Shown piece after piece: positions 1-9,946 of a stretch of 64,000 nucleotides of DNA. Location: the NCBI GenBank assembly GCA_963804995.1, contig CAWDSK010000003.1, forward strand, positions 480,001-544,000. Direction: 5' to 3'. The stretch comes from an uncultured Acidobacteriota bacterium (GTDB lineage: Bacteria > Acidobacteriota > Terriglobia > UBA7540). Numbering within the stretch: position 1 is the first letter of the stretch; every line of letters begins with the position of its first letter. The notes below the pieces were generated by a model. That model did no database searches, was not told the DNA's origin, and saw only the letters and a list, made by a program, of their open reading frames with translations. The position numbers were made by a program, and so were the translations under genes.

Positions 1-13
1 AGATTCCCGCTAA

Positions 14-113
14 TGGTGCAGTTTGATGTAGAGGCGGCGGTATTTACCCCAATCCTATCGGGACGCCGCCCTATGGCGAGGTAAACTCGCCGCTACAACA
101 TCAAACTGCACCA
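14..113. repeat. MITE-like inverted-repeat element enclosing a GTAG-REP doublet
   Basis: TGGTGCAGTTTGATGT at 14 and ACATCAAACTGCACCA ending at 113; internal GGCGAGGTAAACTCGCCGCTAC REP. Confidence 0.75.
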
Positions 114-281
114 CCATCAGATTCTCCGCCCGCTAGCGGATGGCGGTCACCACGGCAAAGCGCTCTCGGGAGACAAACCGTTGTACACTGATGGCAACGA
201 GATCAAGCTGGAGATCCCGCTTATGCCTTTCGCGTGCTCGAAGCTCTTGCTCAGCAAGAAATCAGCCCAGGGAGAACTCTG

Positions 282-785
282 ATGAACAGGCTTTGGATTG
301 CATTGCGCACCACAGTTTATGCGGCCATATTCCTGGCGTTGTGGGCTTGGGTTGCATTGATGTGTCGTGCCCTCGACAAATACATCCCGCTCCGGGTGCC
401 CGGCTGGTTAATAGTGCCGGGTGTCGTACTGTTTCTGGCGGGCGCGGCGCTGGGACTCACCACGATCGGGTTATTCATTTTCGAAGGCCTGGGCACCCCG
501 GCGGTGTTTGATCCCCCGAAAAAGTTTGTGCCCAAGGGCCCCTACCGGCTTGTCCGGAATCCCATGTACGTCGGAGGCGTCTCGATGTTATTCGGCCTGG
601 GCCTCTATCTTGCCTCCGTCTCGATGGTCATCTTTGCGTTTGTTGCGATCCTGTTGATCCACACGTTCGTCGTCCTGGCAGAAGAGCCCGGACTGCGGAA
701 AAGATTTGGGAAGGAGTACGAGGACTATTGCCGCACCGTACCGCGTTGGATTCCGCGCATAACTAACCGGCATCTTCCAACCTAA
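282..785 (+). CDS. Isoprenylcysteine carboxyl methyltransferase/PEMT family membrane protein
   Basis: Hydrophobic ORF with GPYRLVRNPMY and EE..L...FG..Y..Y...VPRW motifs; ATG at 282 after GGAGA. Confidence 0.85.
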   Translation: MNRLWIALRTTVYAAIFLALWAWVALMCRALDKYIPLRVPGWLIVPGVVLFLAGAALGLTTIGLFIFEGLGTPAVFDPPKKFVPKGPYRLVRNPMYVGGVSMLFGLGLYLASVSMVIFAFVAILLIHTFVVLAEEPGLRKRFGKEYEDYCRTVPRWIPRITNRHLPT

Positions 786-1004
786 CCTGCGGGACCAATT
801 CCTGCGCGGCTGCGAGGTCAGTCATCCGCGTTCCCTGCAAGGCCACGGTGGCGGCGCTGGCGGCCACCGCCAATCGAAAGGCGGCGCGTCTTGACCCCTC
901 AGCAGCGATGGCTTACTGGGGAGAATTTGAAGCCCTGCGCATGAGTGAAGGTCACGGCTCGAGGAATGAAGAAAAGAAGGCTGCCCTGGAAAAGGTAAAT
1001 TCGC

Positions 1005-1166
1005 TTGCTGCCTTCTGCCTACTGACTTCCGCTTTCTGCCTACTGACTTCCGCTTTCTGCTTTCTGCCTACTGCCTTCCGCTTTCTGCTTTCCGCTTTCT
1101 GCTTTCTGCCTACTGCCTTCCGCTTTCTGCTTTCTGCCTACTGCCTTCTGCTTTCTGCCTTCTGCC
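1005..1166. repeat. Degenerate 7-bp tandem repeat (CTTTCTG/CCTACTG/CCTTCTG)
   Basis: About 22 heptamer units directly visible, abutting the phzF stop codon. Confidence 0.9.
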
Positions 1167-1955
1167 TTAAACCAACTCCCCACGCATGACCGTGACAGCT
1201 TGGCCGCTCAGTTTCACGCGGTTACCCTCTAAGCGCACCTTCACCACCCCGCCGCGAGCCGAGGCCTGATAGGCCACGAATTCCGTCTTGCCCAGACGTT
1301 TCGCCCAGAACGGGCCGAGCACGCAGTGCGCCGAGCCCGTCACCGGGTCTTCATCCACGCCCACGCCCGGGGCAAAGAAGCGGGAGACAAAATCAAATCC
1401 CTGGCTCTCCGCCCGCGCCGTCACAATCACCCCGCGTGCCTGCGTACGTTTAAGCAAAGTGAAATCCGGCGCCAGGTTGCGCACGGTCTGCTCGGAGTCG
1501 ACTTCAACGAGAAAATCAAACTGGCTTTTGCCCACGTAACGTGGCGTGACGCCCAACCCCTGCACTAACTCGTCCCAGGGTGTGGCAGGCTCCTCGGGCT
1601 TGGCGGGGAAATCCAATTCAATCCATTCGCCCTGACGCTCGGCGGTGAGTAACCCGCTCAAAGTATGGAAGCGCGCCTGCTCGTGCGGATTCATCGTGCC
1701 GGTCTCCCAAAGAATGTGCGCACTTGCCAGCGTGGCGTGCCCGCAGAGATCCACTTCCACGGTCGGCGTCAACCAACGCAGATTGAAGCCATCCGCCTGC
1801 GGCACCAGAAAAGCCGTCTCCGACAAATTCATCTCGCGCGCCACGTCACGCATCCACGCTTCGTCGGCCGGAGCGGGCAGAATGCAAACCGCCGCGGGGT
1901 TCCCGGCAAACGCCCGGCTGGTAAATGCGTCCACCTGGTAAATTGTCTGGCCCAT
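1167..1955 (-). CDS. PhzF family epimerase/isomerase
   Basis: [39 protein letters not shown] motifs. Confidence 0.92.
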   Translation of the reverse strand: MGQTIYQVDAFTSRAFAGNPAAVCILPAPADEAWMRDVAREMNLSETAFLVPQADGFNLRWLTPTVEVDLCGHATLASAHILWETGTMNPHEQARFHTLSGLLTAERQGEWIELDFPAKPEEPATPWDELVQGLGVTPRYVGKSQFDFLVEVDSEQTVRNLAPDFTLLKRTQARGVIVTARAESQGFDFVSRFFAPGVGVDEDPVTGSAHCVLGPFWAKRLGKTEFVAYQASARGGVVKVRLEGNRVKLSGQAVTVMRGELV

Positions 1956-2175
1956 GGTTTCCCCCTTCGCTTGCCTCCCAGCGCGCTCAGCCCGAAATCT
2001 TTTTCACTTACGCACTGTCAAGGAGACTCCCTGCAGTTCGACCTTAGAACCCCCTCACCCCTGGCCTCTCTTTCGCCGCAGCGACCGAGGGGAGAGTTAA
2101 ATTGAATATACTCCACTCACTCCGATATGACAGGGGGTACTAACAACTGAACGCTGCGAACCGAAAACTTACAAC

Positions 2176-2250
2176 CCTCGCCCATTTGGGGGAGAGGGTG
2201 GACCGCAGCCGGCGTTTTCATCAGCCGGGGCGGGACGGGTGAGGGGGTCA
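2176..2250 (-). repeat. Dispersed CCCCTCACCC...CCCTCTCCC palindromic repeat
   Basis: Reverse complement closely matches 32270-32340 and 32944-33013; more divergent copies near 2051, 15800-15897 and 45220-45270. Confidence 0.8.
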
Positions 2251-2365
2251 CCCATGCACAAATTGAAAAGCTGTTTGTTGAAACTCTCAATGTGAACAGC
2301 ATGGCGCCTCCCCCGCTTCTTAGCACACCCTGCGGACCCGTAAAGCCGTGTCCTCCCGCACCACA

Positions 2366-4471
2366 CTACTCACCACCTTTTAGATGACGATCAAAGAAAT
2401 CCGTTGCAGCATGAAAAGCCGCGAGCCAGTGCTCGTGCGTCAGAAAATCATGCACCTCGTCGGGGAAGACGATTTGCTGAAACTGCACGCCCTGCTTCCG
2501 CAACGCCTCCACAAGCTGCACCATATTCCCAAAAGCCACGTTGCGGTCGTCGTCGCCTTGAATCAGCAGCACGGGTGAGCGCCAGGTCTTCACATCCGCC
2601 AGCGGCGAAGACTCAAACGCCACGCGCGCCCTCTCCTGCAAGACTTGGGGATTCTCCGCCGGAAGCATTTGGGGGAACTCCAGATTCCAGTCGTGCACGC
2701 CGTGCAGATCCACGCCGCAGGCAAACAGGTCGGAAGCTCGCGCCAGGCCCAGCGCCGTCAGGTAACCGCCATAGGAGCCGCCCCACAGGCCGATGTGTGC
2801 GGAGTCGACATCCGGGCGGGAACGCAGGTACTGCCCCGCTCCCCGCACGTCATTAAACTCACTCGCCCCCGTAGCGCCGTAGTTCAAAGCTTCGCGAAAT
2901 TCCATCCCGTAGCCAATGCCGCTGCGATAATTTACCGATAGCACCGCGTAACCACGGCTGGCCAAATACTGATTCAGGCCATACGCGTTGTGGTAATACT
3001 GCATATAATTCCAGCCCAGCAGCATCTGCCGGCGTGAGCCTCCGTGGAAAAAGACCACGGCGGGATGTCGCTCGCCCTCCCGGCCGTGCGGAGGCAGAAA
3101 GAGCTGACCGTGTATTTTCAGGCCGTCCGCCGCTGCGAAGACCACCGGCTGCGGCTCAACCAACTGGCGAGTGGGAAAATCCGCGGGGATGGCTTGCGGC
3201 GCAAGGTCGCGGAGTTCACCGTTGTCCATGACCATGGCGGGCCGGGCGGGCCAGCGTGCATCCGAATGTAGCAGTATGATGTGATGTCCGTCGCTCGTCA
3301 CGACAGGCGACCATTCGATGCCCTGACCGCCCTTTAACAGTCGTGGCTCATCGCCCGCCGTGGGTTCGATCGATACGTGCCGCCGGTCGGCATCCTGCAA
3401 ATTTGAATTGAAAACCACTTCCCCGCGGTTGGGCGTCAGGGCAACATCTTCAACTTCGCCCTCTCCCGGGGTCATCAGTCGGGCCTCACCGCCCGCCACC
3501 GGCACCGAGTAAAGATGCGTCCAGCCGTCTCCCTCCCAGGGAAAGATCAAACGATTGCCAGCCGCCCAAAACAGTTGCTGCTCGGCTACAACTCCACGGA
3601 AGACGCTTCCCGGCCCTTCGTAAGCTTTCCAAACCTCGCGCCCCGTGCCGGTGGCCACATCCGCCACACGAATCGACCAGGGCGGGCCGGCGCGCTTGGC
3701 GCCGAATACGTTCGCATCCTTCCAGGCGGGCATACGCAGAAAAGCGATCTGCCTGCCGTCCGGCGACCACACGGGTTCCACATCGCGGTCTACACTCGCG
3801 TCGAGGTATTGCAGGTCCTTCTGAGCTACATCGTACACGCCGATGAAACTGTGATCCTCGCGCACGCTGACCATTGCCAGCTTCGATCCATCCGGAGACC
3901 AGCGTAATGAGCGCGCCTTCCCTTTCGCGTGGATAAGCTGGGCCGGCTTCTCGCTCCCGTCAAGCTTTGCGGACCAAACCTGGTCTTTGAAAATAAAGAC
4001 GACCCGATCGCCTTTGGGCGCGATTGCCGGAGAATGCCCTTCGCCCACCTTGCGAGGCGTACCGCCCGCGAGCGAAACGATCCATATATCTTGCTCCACA
4101 CCTTGCGGGGAACTTCGCGGGTTGGGCGCTTCGTGCAGTGTTTCGAAATCGCCGCCGCGTGCGTAAAGAATAGCGCGAGCGTCAGGGGTCCAGCAGAGTT
4201 CGGCAATTTCCTGCCCATCGTCCGCGGTGTAGGAAGTGATGGCGTGAGCCTGATAATCCGGCGGCTCCGCTACCCAGATATTCCGCACGCCGCGCGTGTC
4301 GAATACCCAGGCGACCTTGCCACCCGCGGGCGCCGCCACCAACTCGCTCGGGAACGGAGCGCTCATTATCTGTTCGAGTGTGAATGGCTGCTGCTGCGCC
4401 GGTCCCCGCGCCGGGAGGAGCAGCACCGCAAGCACTGCGCAAAGCAAAAGGCTTGACCTGACTTTTCTCAT
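2366..4471 (-). CDS. S9 family peptidase (prolyl oligopeptidase/dipeptidyl aminopeptidase) with PD40 propeller
   Basis: Signal peptide, WSPDG repeats, GGSYGG nucleophile motif, C-terminal D and H (DDRNV, EVHDF). Confidence 0.9.
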   Translation of the reverse strand: MRKVRSSLLLCAVLAVLLLPARGPAQQQPFTLEQIMSAPFPSELVAAPAGGKVAWVFDTRGVRNIWVAEPPDYQAHAITSYTADDGQEIAELCWTPDARAILYARGGDFETLHEAPNPRSSPQGVEQDIWIVSLAGGTPRKVGEGHSPAIAPKGDRVVFIFKDQVWSAKLDGSEKPAQLIHAKGKARSLRWSPDGSKLAMVSVREDHSFIGVYDVAQKDLQYLDASVDRDVEPVWSPDGRQIAFLRMPAWKDANVFGAKRAGPPWSIRVADVATGTGREVWKAYEGPGSVFRGVVAEQQLFWAAGNRLIFPWEGDGWTHLYSVPVAGGEARLMTPGEGEVEDVALTPNRGEVVFNSNLQDADRRHVSIEPTAGDEPRLLKGGQGIEWSPVVTSDGHHIILLHSDARWPARPAMVMDNGELRDLAPQAIPADFPTRQLVEPQPVVFAAADGLKIHGQLFLPPHGREGERHPAVVFFHGGSRRQMLLGWNYMQYYHNAYGLNQYLASRGYAVLSVNYRSGIGYGMEFREALNYGATGASEFNDVRGAGQYLRSRPDVDSAHIGLWGGSYGGYLTALGLARASDLFACGVDLHGVHDWNLEFPQMLPAENPQVLQERARVAFESSPLADVKTWRSPVLLIQGDDDRNVAFGNMVQLVEALRKQGVQFQQIVFPDEVHDFLTHEHWLAAFHAATDFFDRHLKGGE

Positions 4472-4597
4472 GGGAGGAACTCCTGGCAGACCTCGCGACC
4501 CAATCCTGGTGGGGCCATGGCAAGCCCGGCAAAATCCATCAGCAAGGCGATGGTTCGAAGCGCATCATCTGCGTTTGCCGGCTAAACGAGCCGAAGC

Positions 4598-5326
4598 TCA
4601 TCGCACCTGGGTGACTTGTGCGGGAGTGGCAGGGCCGGGGAGAAGTCGTTTAAGAGTCTGCTCAACTTCTGCAGGCTTGAACCCATAGGGCCCCGGCCGG
4701 CTCTTGTAAGCCACCCGCCCGTCACGGTCAATTACGTACAGCCGGTCCGGCCACGCCGTGTATGCCCATTCCGTGGAGTTCTGCAGGTCGTCGATAACAG
4801 CAGGAATCCGCAGCGCCAATTTGGTAGCACATTTATCGGCCACGTCACAGCGTTCAACCAGCGTGCTAGGAGTGCTCACCGCAATCTTCTCTTTTAGATT
4901 GTCTTCGTCCTGCCAGGCATCGACCGGATGGGCTTCCAGAATGTAGACCACGTAGAAAGCTGCGCGGCTTTGGTACCGATCGAAGAGTTTGTTAAGCGCG
5001 GGAACCTCCCGGCGAAACGGCGGTCAGGTATAACTTCCGAAGACGAGCACCACGGGCTTTTGCTGGCGGAAGGACGCCAGTTGAACTCGCGCTTGCCGAT
5101 CCGCGGTGGGCAGGTTGAAGTCAGGCGCCCGCTCGCCCACCTGCAAGTGGCCCGCGCGCGCAAAGAACCAGAGTTGTTTGAACGGAACCACCATCATCAT
5201 CGGCTCGGGCACGTGACGCATGACTCAACCGAACACGGTGGGCTGGCGCATCACTGCCAGGAGCGCCACTACGACCAAGCCATAGGCGACGGCCAAGACC
5301 ATCACGAATTTACGCATTTTTCGCAT
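4598..5326 (-). CDS. Iodothyronine deiodinase-like thioredoxin-fold selenoprotein (Sec UGA at 5024-5026; second in-frame TGA at 5225-5227)
   Basis: Three collinear same-frame ORFs join as ...VLVFGSYT(U)PPFRREV...VYILEAHPVDAW...YTAWPDRLYVID, the deiodinase signature; N-terminal TM anchor. Confidence 0.85.
4997..5014 (-). promoter_or_regulatory. Putative bacterial SECIS hairpin
   Basis: mRNA reads UGA CCGCCGUUU CGC-C-GGGA-GGU-UCCC-GCG; G-containing apical loop starts 17 nt after the UGA. Confidence 0.65.
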
Positions 5327-5399
5327 CAGAAGATTCTGCCCTGACGAACCCTGCGTCAATTTACCACATTGGAGAAAAACCCAAAAGCGTCGCAGACAG

Positions 5400-5756
5400 C
5401 TACAGATCCAATGGCTCAAGCAAGGCTTCGATGTTGTCCTCACCCACGAGCAGGTTCAAGCCCTCATCCCGCAGGCGATCCAGTTCATCGAAGGCGCGAA
5501 ACAGGCGCATCTTGGCGAGCGCGTACATTTCGCTCGAATCCAGCTCCCGCCCGTGCGCCTGTCGCCACGCGGCCAAGGCGCGATCCGATACAAACACGCG
5601 CAGGGTGAAGGGTGGTTGCTGATCCGGTGTGACAACGAAAATGAAGTCCGCGCCGGAGCCTGCCCCCTCCGGCCGATTTACGCGCCGGCTGCTGGCGAAG
5701 AAATATTGGTACAACGTCCCCGTTTCAGCCGCGTAGATTTTGTAGCGACGCGCCAT
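5400..5756 (-). CDS. Hypothetical protein
   Basis: 118-aa ORF with normal composition, co-oriented at the end of the rnc-lepB run. Confidence 0.65.
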   Translation of the reverse strand: MARRYKIYAAETGTLYQYFFASSRRVNRPEGAGSGADFIFVVTPDQQPPFTLRVFVSDRALAAWRQAHGRELDSSEMYALAKMRLFRAFDELDRLRDEGLNLLVGEDNIEALLEPLDL

Positions 5757-5849
5757 CCCGGTTCCTCATGCTCCGAGGTTTGAGATTGATTGCCGACTTC
5801 GCCCGCCTGCTTCGCGCGCAAATCCCCACGGACAGAGGCCGCAGCCGAC

Positions 5850-6590
5850 TCAGTTGGATTTATTGGGGCTGCGTAGACAGGTTGCCTGGCCGGCGCCCAG
5901 GACAATCTGGGTAACGTGATCAGGCAGCGCAATGGGTTTGCCCAGATCAAACTTGTAACGCGGCTGGAGATAGTTCACCAGCACGAAATCCACCAGCCAA
6001 CTCGGTACGGCCATAGTTCCTACCGTCACGGTTTCGATCTGCACCTTGGCCAGCCCGTTCCCCGACTGTACTTTCCCCGCCACGGTCACGCGCTGCTTCC
6101 CTTTGAACATCGTCGCCAGAATCTTCGGACCCCAGTCGTTGGGATTAGTGTACAGGCGGCTGAACTCATCAAAGTTGATATCCCCCAACGCGGTTACATG
6201 CTCGGGCAGAAAGTGGACGGAGGGGTTGGCCACGCCGGGCGGAAGAAATTCGCGGCCATGAATCTGCAGATAGGAATCCGCCTCGAAGTCGGTGATGGTG
6301 ATCGCCGGGTACGACTTGCGAGGCTTCGCCTCCACGGTCTGCAGCACTCGTAGTTTCTTATCCAGCGCTTGCGCTGCGGATTGGGCACTCTCCGCACCAC
6401 CGGGTGTGGGCAGTCCAACAAGCAAAAGAAGCGCCGACGCCACCAGCACCGCTCCCGCGACTGTGCGCAGGAAACGCGGCAGGTGCGCCAACTGATGGCG
6501 CGCGCTCCTTGCTGACTCTGGTTCCATGGCATCTTTCAAAATTGTCCCTCGCGACAACCCTCGCGTCCCCGTCGCGCCCCGCTGCGACAA
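5850..6590 (-). CDS. Hypothetical membrane-anchored protein (start may be ATG 6527)
   Basis: Single TM/signal segment; abuts the asmA stop codon. Confidence 0.65.
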   Translation of the reverse strand: MSQRGATGTRGLSRGTILKDAMEPESARSARHQLAHLPRFLRTVAGAVLVASALLLLVGLPTPGGAESAQSAAQALDKKLRVLQTVEAKPRKSYPAITITDFEADSYLQIHGREFLPPGVANPSVHFLPEHVTALGDINFDEFSRLYTNPNDWGPKILATMFKGKQRVTVAGKVQSGNGLAKVQIETVTVGTMAVPSWLVDFVLVNYLQPRYKFDLGKPIALPDHVTQIVLGAGQATCLRSPNKSN

Positions 6591-9185
6591 TCACTCGCGG
6601 GCGCGCGCAACTCCTGCCGGAGGAATGACCGCAACCTTATCGAGTGGCCCTGACAGTTGCGCCTCTGATTGCCGGGCGCTGGGTCTTGGTTCGTCTTCGC
6701 GCGCCAGCCAGTGGCGACGGAGGTGTTGCCAGTCTGCGCGCACTCGCAAGTTGAGCGTGCCATCCCAGGCGTATGCGCCGTTCAATATAAGGGTAGCACC
6801 GTTTAACTCTACGACAGTGTTCTTAAGTGAGACACGGCGGTTGGCGATTTCCAGAGTCATGGCAGCGGAACGGGCCATCACCGGTCCGTGCGCGGGTTCG
6901 AGCGTTCCCCAGTTCGCCTGGCGCGCCAGGGTTTCCAGCGGATCGAAATCGCCAAAGGACAAATCCTTCGAGCGCAGATTCACCTCCCCCGTCAGGTTTT
7001 CGCCCAGCTCGTCGCGGCTGAGGCCCCGTGTCTCAAAATGCCCGGTGGCGTTTACCGTCCCGCGCGCGCGGTGGAGAGCCGTGGGAAAGCGGGAGGTGAG
7101 GGTTGGCACCTGAACGCCCGCGAGCGATACTTGCGCGGACAGGGTGACGGGCGCACTCGCGAAGTCCACTAACCCGCCCGCCTCACCCCGCCCGCCCCCG
7201 GCGCGGAATTTTGCCGACTTCAAACGGATGGTACGGCCGCCGATTTCAAAGGTCCCCTGAAAATCCTTGAGGGTGACATTCCGGTAGCTCACGCTGGGGG
7301 TCGTGAAGCGGCCCTCGGCATTCAGGCTGCCGAAGAGTTGGGAGGCCGCGGTGCGTCGCGCGGTGAAAGAGGCGAGACCCGGCAAGCGCTCCAGCAGCGG
7401 CAGTGGCCGGCGGCGGCCCAGCGCGTCGAACCACAGGGAACCCTGCTCGAGACTCAGGGCATTGGCGCGCAGGTCAAACTGCCAGGGATTCCTCCAGGGA
7501 CCGCGATGCATCAGCTTGGCATCAAAGACGCTTGTGCCCAGTACTGCCACCACCGGGTCAGCGGTGATTCGGTCGTCAGCCACTTGCACGCTCGCGTGGG
7601 GAAGATTAAGCGGCTCCGTCAACCCCGGTATCAACAACCGGACGGCACGTAATTCCGCCCGCGCGGTCAGCACCGGACGCGCCGGTGGCCAAGCCGAACC
7701 CGTCAAATGTACCGAGGTGGTAATGGACCCCGTGGCGTCAAGCCCCTGAAAGGCGCGGTTCCCCAGACTCCGGCCAAAGGCCAGTACGTCGCGCAGGGGA
7801 ACGCTTTTGGCGGAGAGTTGCAGATCATAATGCGGAGCGGCGCCGGAGCGCTCGAGAGTGCCCTCCGCTACCAGGGCGACGCGAGGCGCCATGGCCACTT
7901 GCACCGGCGCGAGGCGGGCCCCGCGGTTGGTGATGCGCACGGCGACCTCAGAGAGCGGGAAGGAACCGGAAGTAGTTTCCAGGCTGACCCCGCGCGCGCC
8001 CACGAACCCGCCATACCTTCGCCCGGCACTGGGGCCCTGGATGGTCAGCATGCCATCCACTCGGCCTTTGAGACTCCAGGAGCTACTGCCGGGTTGCAAG
8101 CGCCGGACCACGGCCAACACATCCTCCAAGCGCGAGCGCTCCAACGCCAACACCAGATCAAGTTGCGGGAAGCTCAGCAGGTCAGCGACCGTCCCGGAAA
8201 GGTGCAGATGGGAATCCGCAAAAGAAGTGTCCAGACTGTCCACCAGCAGGCGCTCGCGTCCCGGCAGGATTTGGCCGCGGAAGCGGATCGTCCATGGCAT
8301 CGGGTCTGAAGGAGGAAGTCCCTCCCAACGGTGGAGCTGGGTGAGGCGCGATGCTCCCTCCACGCTCAGCGCGGGTAAGGAACCCGTGAGGTGGAATTCG
8401 GAATCGAAGAGCCCGTAGATTTCCGGGTTGTGGCCCGTGAGGATGGGAATCCAATCGTAGAGCATCGCGCCGCGGGTGCGTAGGGTGGCTTCGATCGGCC
8501 CACCCAGGTCACGCCCGGGTGTCCACAAACCCTCGGCCTCGACCGGGCCGGGGGTTGGAACCGTAAGGTCCGAGCGCACGGGGCTGGCGGTCATCTGAAA
8601 TTGCACCTGGCGCTGGGCGGGATCGATTCGCAACCGAGCCCTAAGATCGGTGAGCGCAAAAGGTTTCTTGTTGGGGCCCACTTGGAAGTTAATGCGCGCG
8701 TTGTCCGCCACCAAAATGAGTGGCGCGCCTGCCCGGGGATTCGCCGCGCCCGAGGGCGATCCGGCGGGTGCGGTGACGCCACTTTCCAGCAGCAACTTCT
8801 CCACGTTCCATTTCCCAGCGCGATTTAAAACGATGTTGAAGCTGGGGTGGTCCAAGTAAAGGCGCGCAAAGTCGAGGCGCGAGCGCCAGAGGCTTTGCCA
8901 GCGGAGGTCACAATCGATGCGGTCCACGCGCGCGAAGGGCTCAGAACCAAAATCAGGATCTTCCTCCACTTCGGCATTGGCAATGGAGAAACCCGGGCGT
9001 GGCAATAATCGGAAGGAAACGCTCCCAAACTTGACGGGCCGGTGCACGGCGCGCTCAAGGCCTGCCTCAAGGCGACGGCGATAGCGCTCCGCGCTGAAGT
9101 AAGAGGGAACAAACCACGCCGCCAGCACCAGCAGGACTGTGGCGATGGAAAGATTGCGAGCGCGTTGGCGATTCCAAACCATCAT
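6591..9185 (-). CDS. AsmA family protein
   Basis: 864 aa, N-terminal TM, LLPRPG...L.LRWQSL...G.WN AsmA N-terminal pattern, beta-rich body. Confidence 0.8.
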   Translation of the reverse strand: MMVWNRQRARNLSIATVLLVLAAWFVPSYFSAERYRRRLEAGLERAVHRPVKFGSVSFRLLPRPGFSIANAEVEEDPDFGSEPFARVDRIDCDLRWQSLWRSRLDFARLYLDHPSFNIVLNRAGKWNVEKLLLESGVTAPAGSPSGAANPRAGAPLILVADNARINFQVGPNKKPFALTDLRARLRIDPAQRQVQFQMTASPVRSDLTVPTPGPVEAEGLWTPGRDLGGPIEATLRTRGAMLYDWIPILTGHNPEIYGLFDSEFHLTGSLPALSVEGASRLTQLHRWEGLPPSDPMPWTIRFRGQILPGRERLLVDSLDTSFADSHLHLSGTVADLLSFPQLDLVLALERSRLEDVLAVVRRLQPGSSSWSLKGRVDGMLTIQGPSAGRRYGGFVGARGVSLETTSGSFPLSEVAVRITNRGARLAPVQVAMAPRVALVAEGTLERSGAAPHYDLQLSAKSVPLRDVLAFGRSLGNRAFQGLDATGSITTSVHLTGSAWPPARPVLTARAELRAVRLLIPGLTEPLNLPHASVQVADDRITADPVVAVLGTSVFDAKLMHRGPWRNPWQFDLRANALSLEQGSLWFDALGRRRPLPLLERLPGLASFTARRTAASQLFGSLNAEGRFTTPSVSYRNVTLKDFQGTFEIGGRTIRLKSAKFRAGGGRGEAGGLVDFASAPVTLSAQVSLAGVQVPTLTSRFPTALHRARGTVNATGHFETRGLSRDELGENLTGEVNLRSKDLSFGDFDPLETLARQANWGTLEPAHGPVMARSAAMTLEIANRRVSLKNTVVELNGATLILNGAYAWDGTLNLRVRADWQHLRRHWLAREDEPRPSARQSEAQLSGPLDKVAVIPPAGVARARE

Positions 9186-9946
9186 CAGCGCACAAACATC
9201 AAGGTGCGCCGCCAGCGGGTCTTGGTGGGGAAATGGATGATCAGATCCACGACCTGGAAGATACGGTCGCGCAATGAATTGTGCATGTACTCGTCGTGCG
9301 GCGTCTCAAACGACCAGTAGATCAGGAGCGGCCGGCCACTGACCACGCTGCGCGGAACAAAACCCCAGAAACGGCTATCCCAACTCTGTTCCCGGTTGTC
9401 CCCCATCACAAAAAACTTGCCAGGCGGCACGACCAGTTCATTGTCGTGGACATTGCTGGCTATTTCCGCGCCCCAGCTACTTGTGGCGCCACGCAGATAC
9501 TCAGTGTCGGGAGGCGGAAAGTCGTCGCCGGGACGGAGCTCATCAGTATAGGTGTGGTTAACGTAAGGCTCGTAAAGCGGCTGTCCATTCACGAAGACCT
9601 GTCGATGGAAGATTCGAATGTGGTCACCGGGCAGCCCGATCACCCGCTTCACAAAATGCTCGCCCGGCTCAGTCTGCTCGTCGGTGGGCGGAAACTTGAA
9701 TACCACGATATCGCCCCGGCGCAATTCGCGGTAAGGGAGGAGGCGGGTCAGGAAATTCCCCGGGGAGGCGAAAACAAATTTATTCACCAGAAGATGGTCG
9801 CCGATCAGCAGGGTGTTTTCCATGGACCCGGTGGGGATCTTGAACGCCTGGAGGACGAAGGTGGTCCCGAAAATAGCCAGGATGACGGTGACGACCAGCG
9901 ACTCAAAGGTGTCGCGCGTGGACGATTTCGTGTGGGGCTCAGCCAT
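9185..9946 (-). CDS. lepB: Signal peptidase I
   Basis: IPTGSMENTLLIGD, FVKRVIGLPGD, MGDNR..S.DSRFWG. Confidence 0.95.
   Translation of the reverse strand: MAEPHTKSSTRDTFESLVVTVILAIFGTTFVLQAFKIPTGSMENTLLIGDHLLVNKFVFASPGNFLTRLLPYRELRRGDIVVFKFPPTDEQTEPGEHFVKRVIGLPGDHIRIFHRQVFVNGQPLYEPYVNHTYTDELRPGDDFPPPDTEYLRGATSSWGAEIASNVHDNELVVPPGKFFVMGDNREQSWDSRFWGFVPRSVVSGRPLLIYWSFETPHDEYMHNSLRDRIFQVVDLIIHFPTKTRWRRTLMFVR

Noticed and set aside
848..1189. 113-aa ORF with SAFCLL repeats
   Set aside because: Translation of the heptamer tandem repeat, not a credible protein
5225..5227. Second selenocysteine codon in the deiodinase-like gene
   Set aside because: Not in a redox motif, no obvious SECIS, and shares the CGGTTGAGT context with the GNAT stop; more likely CGA->TGA
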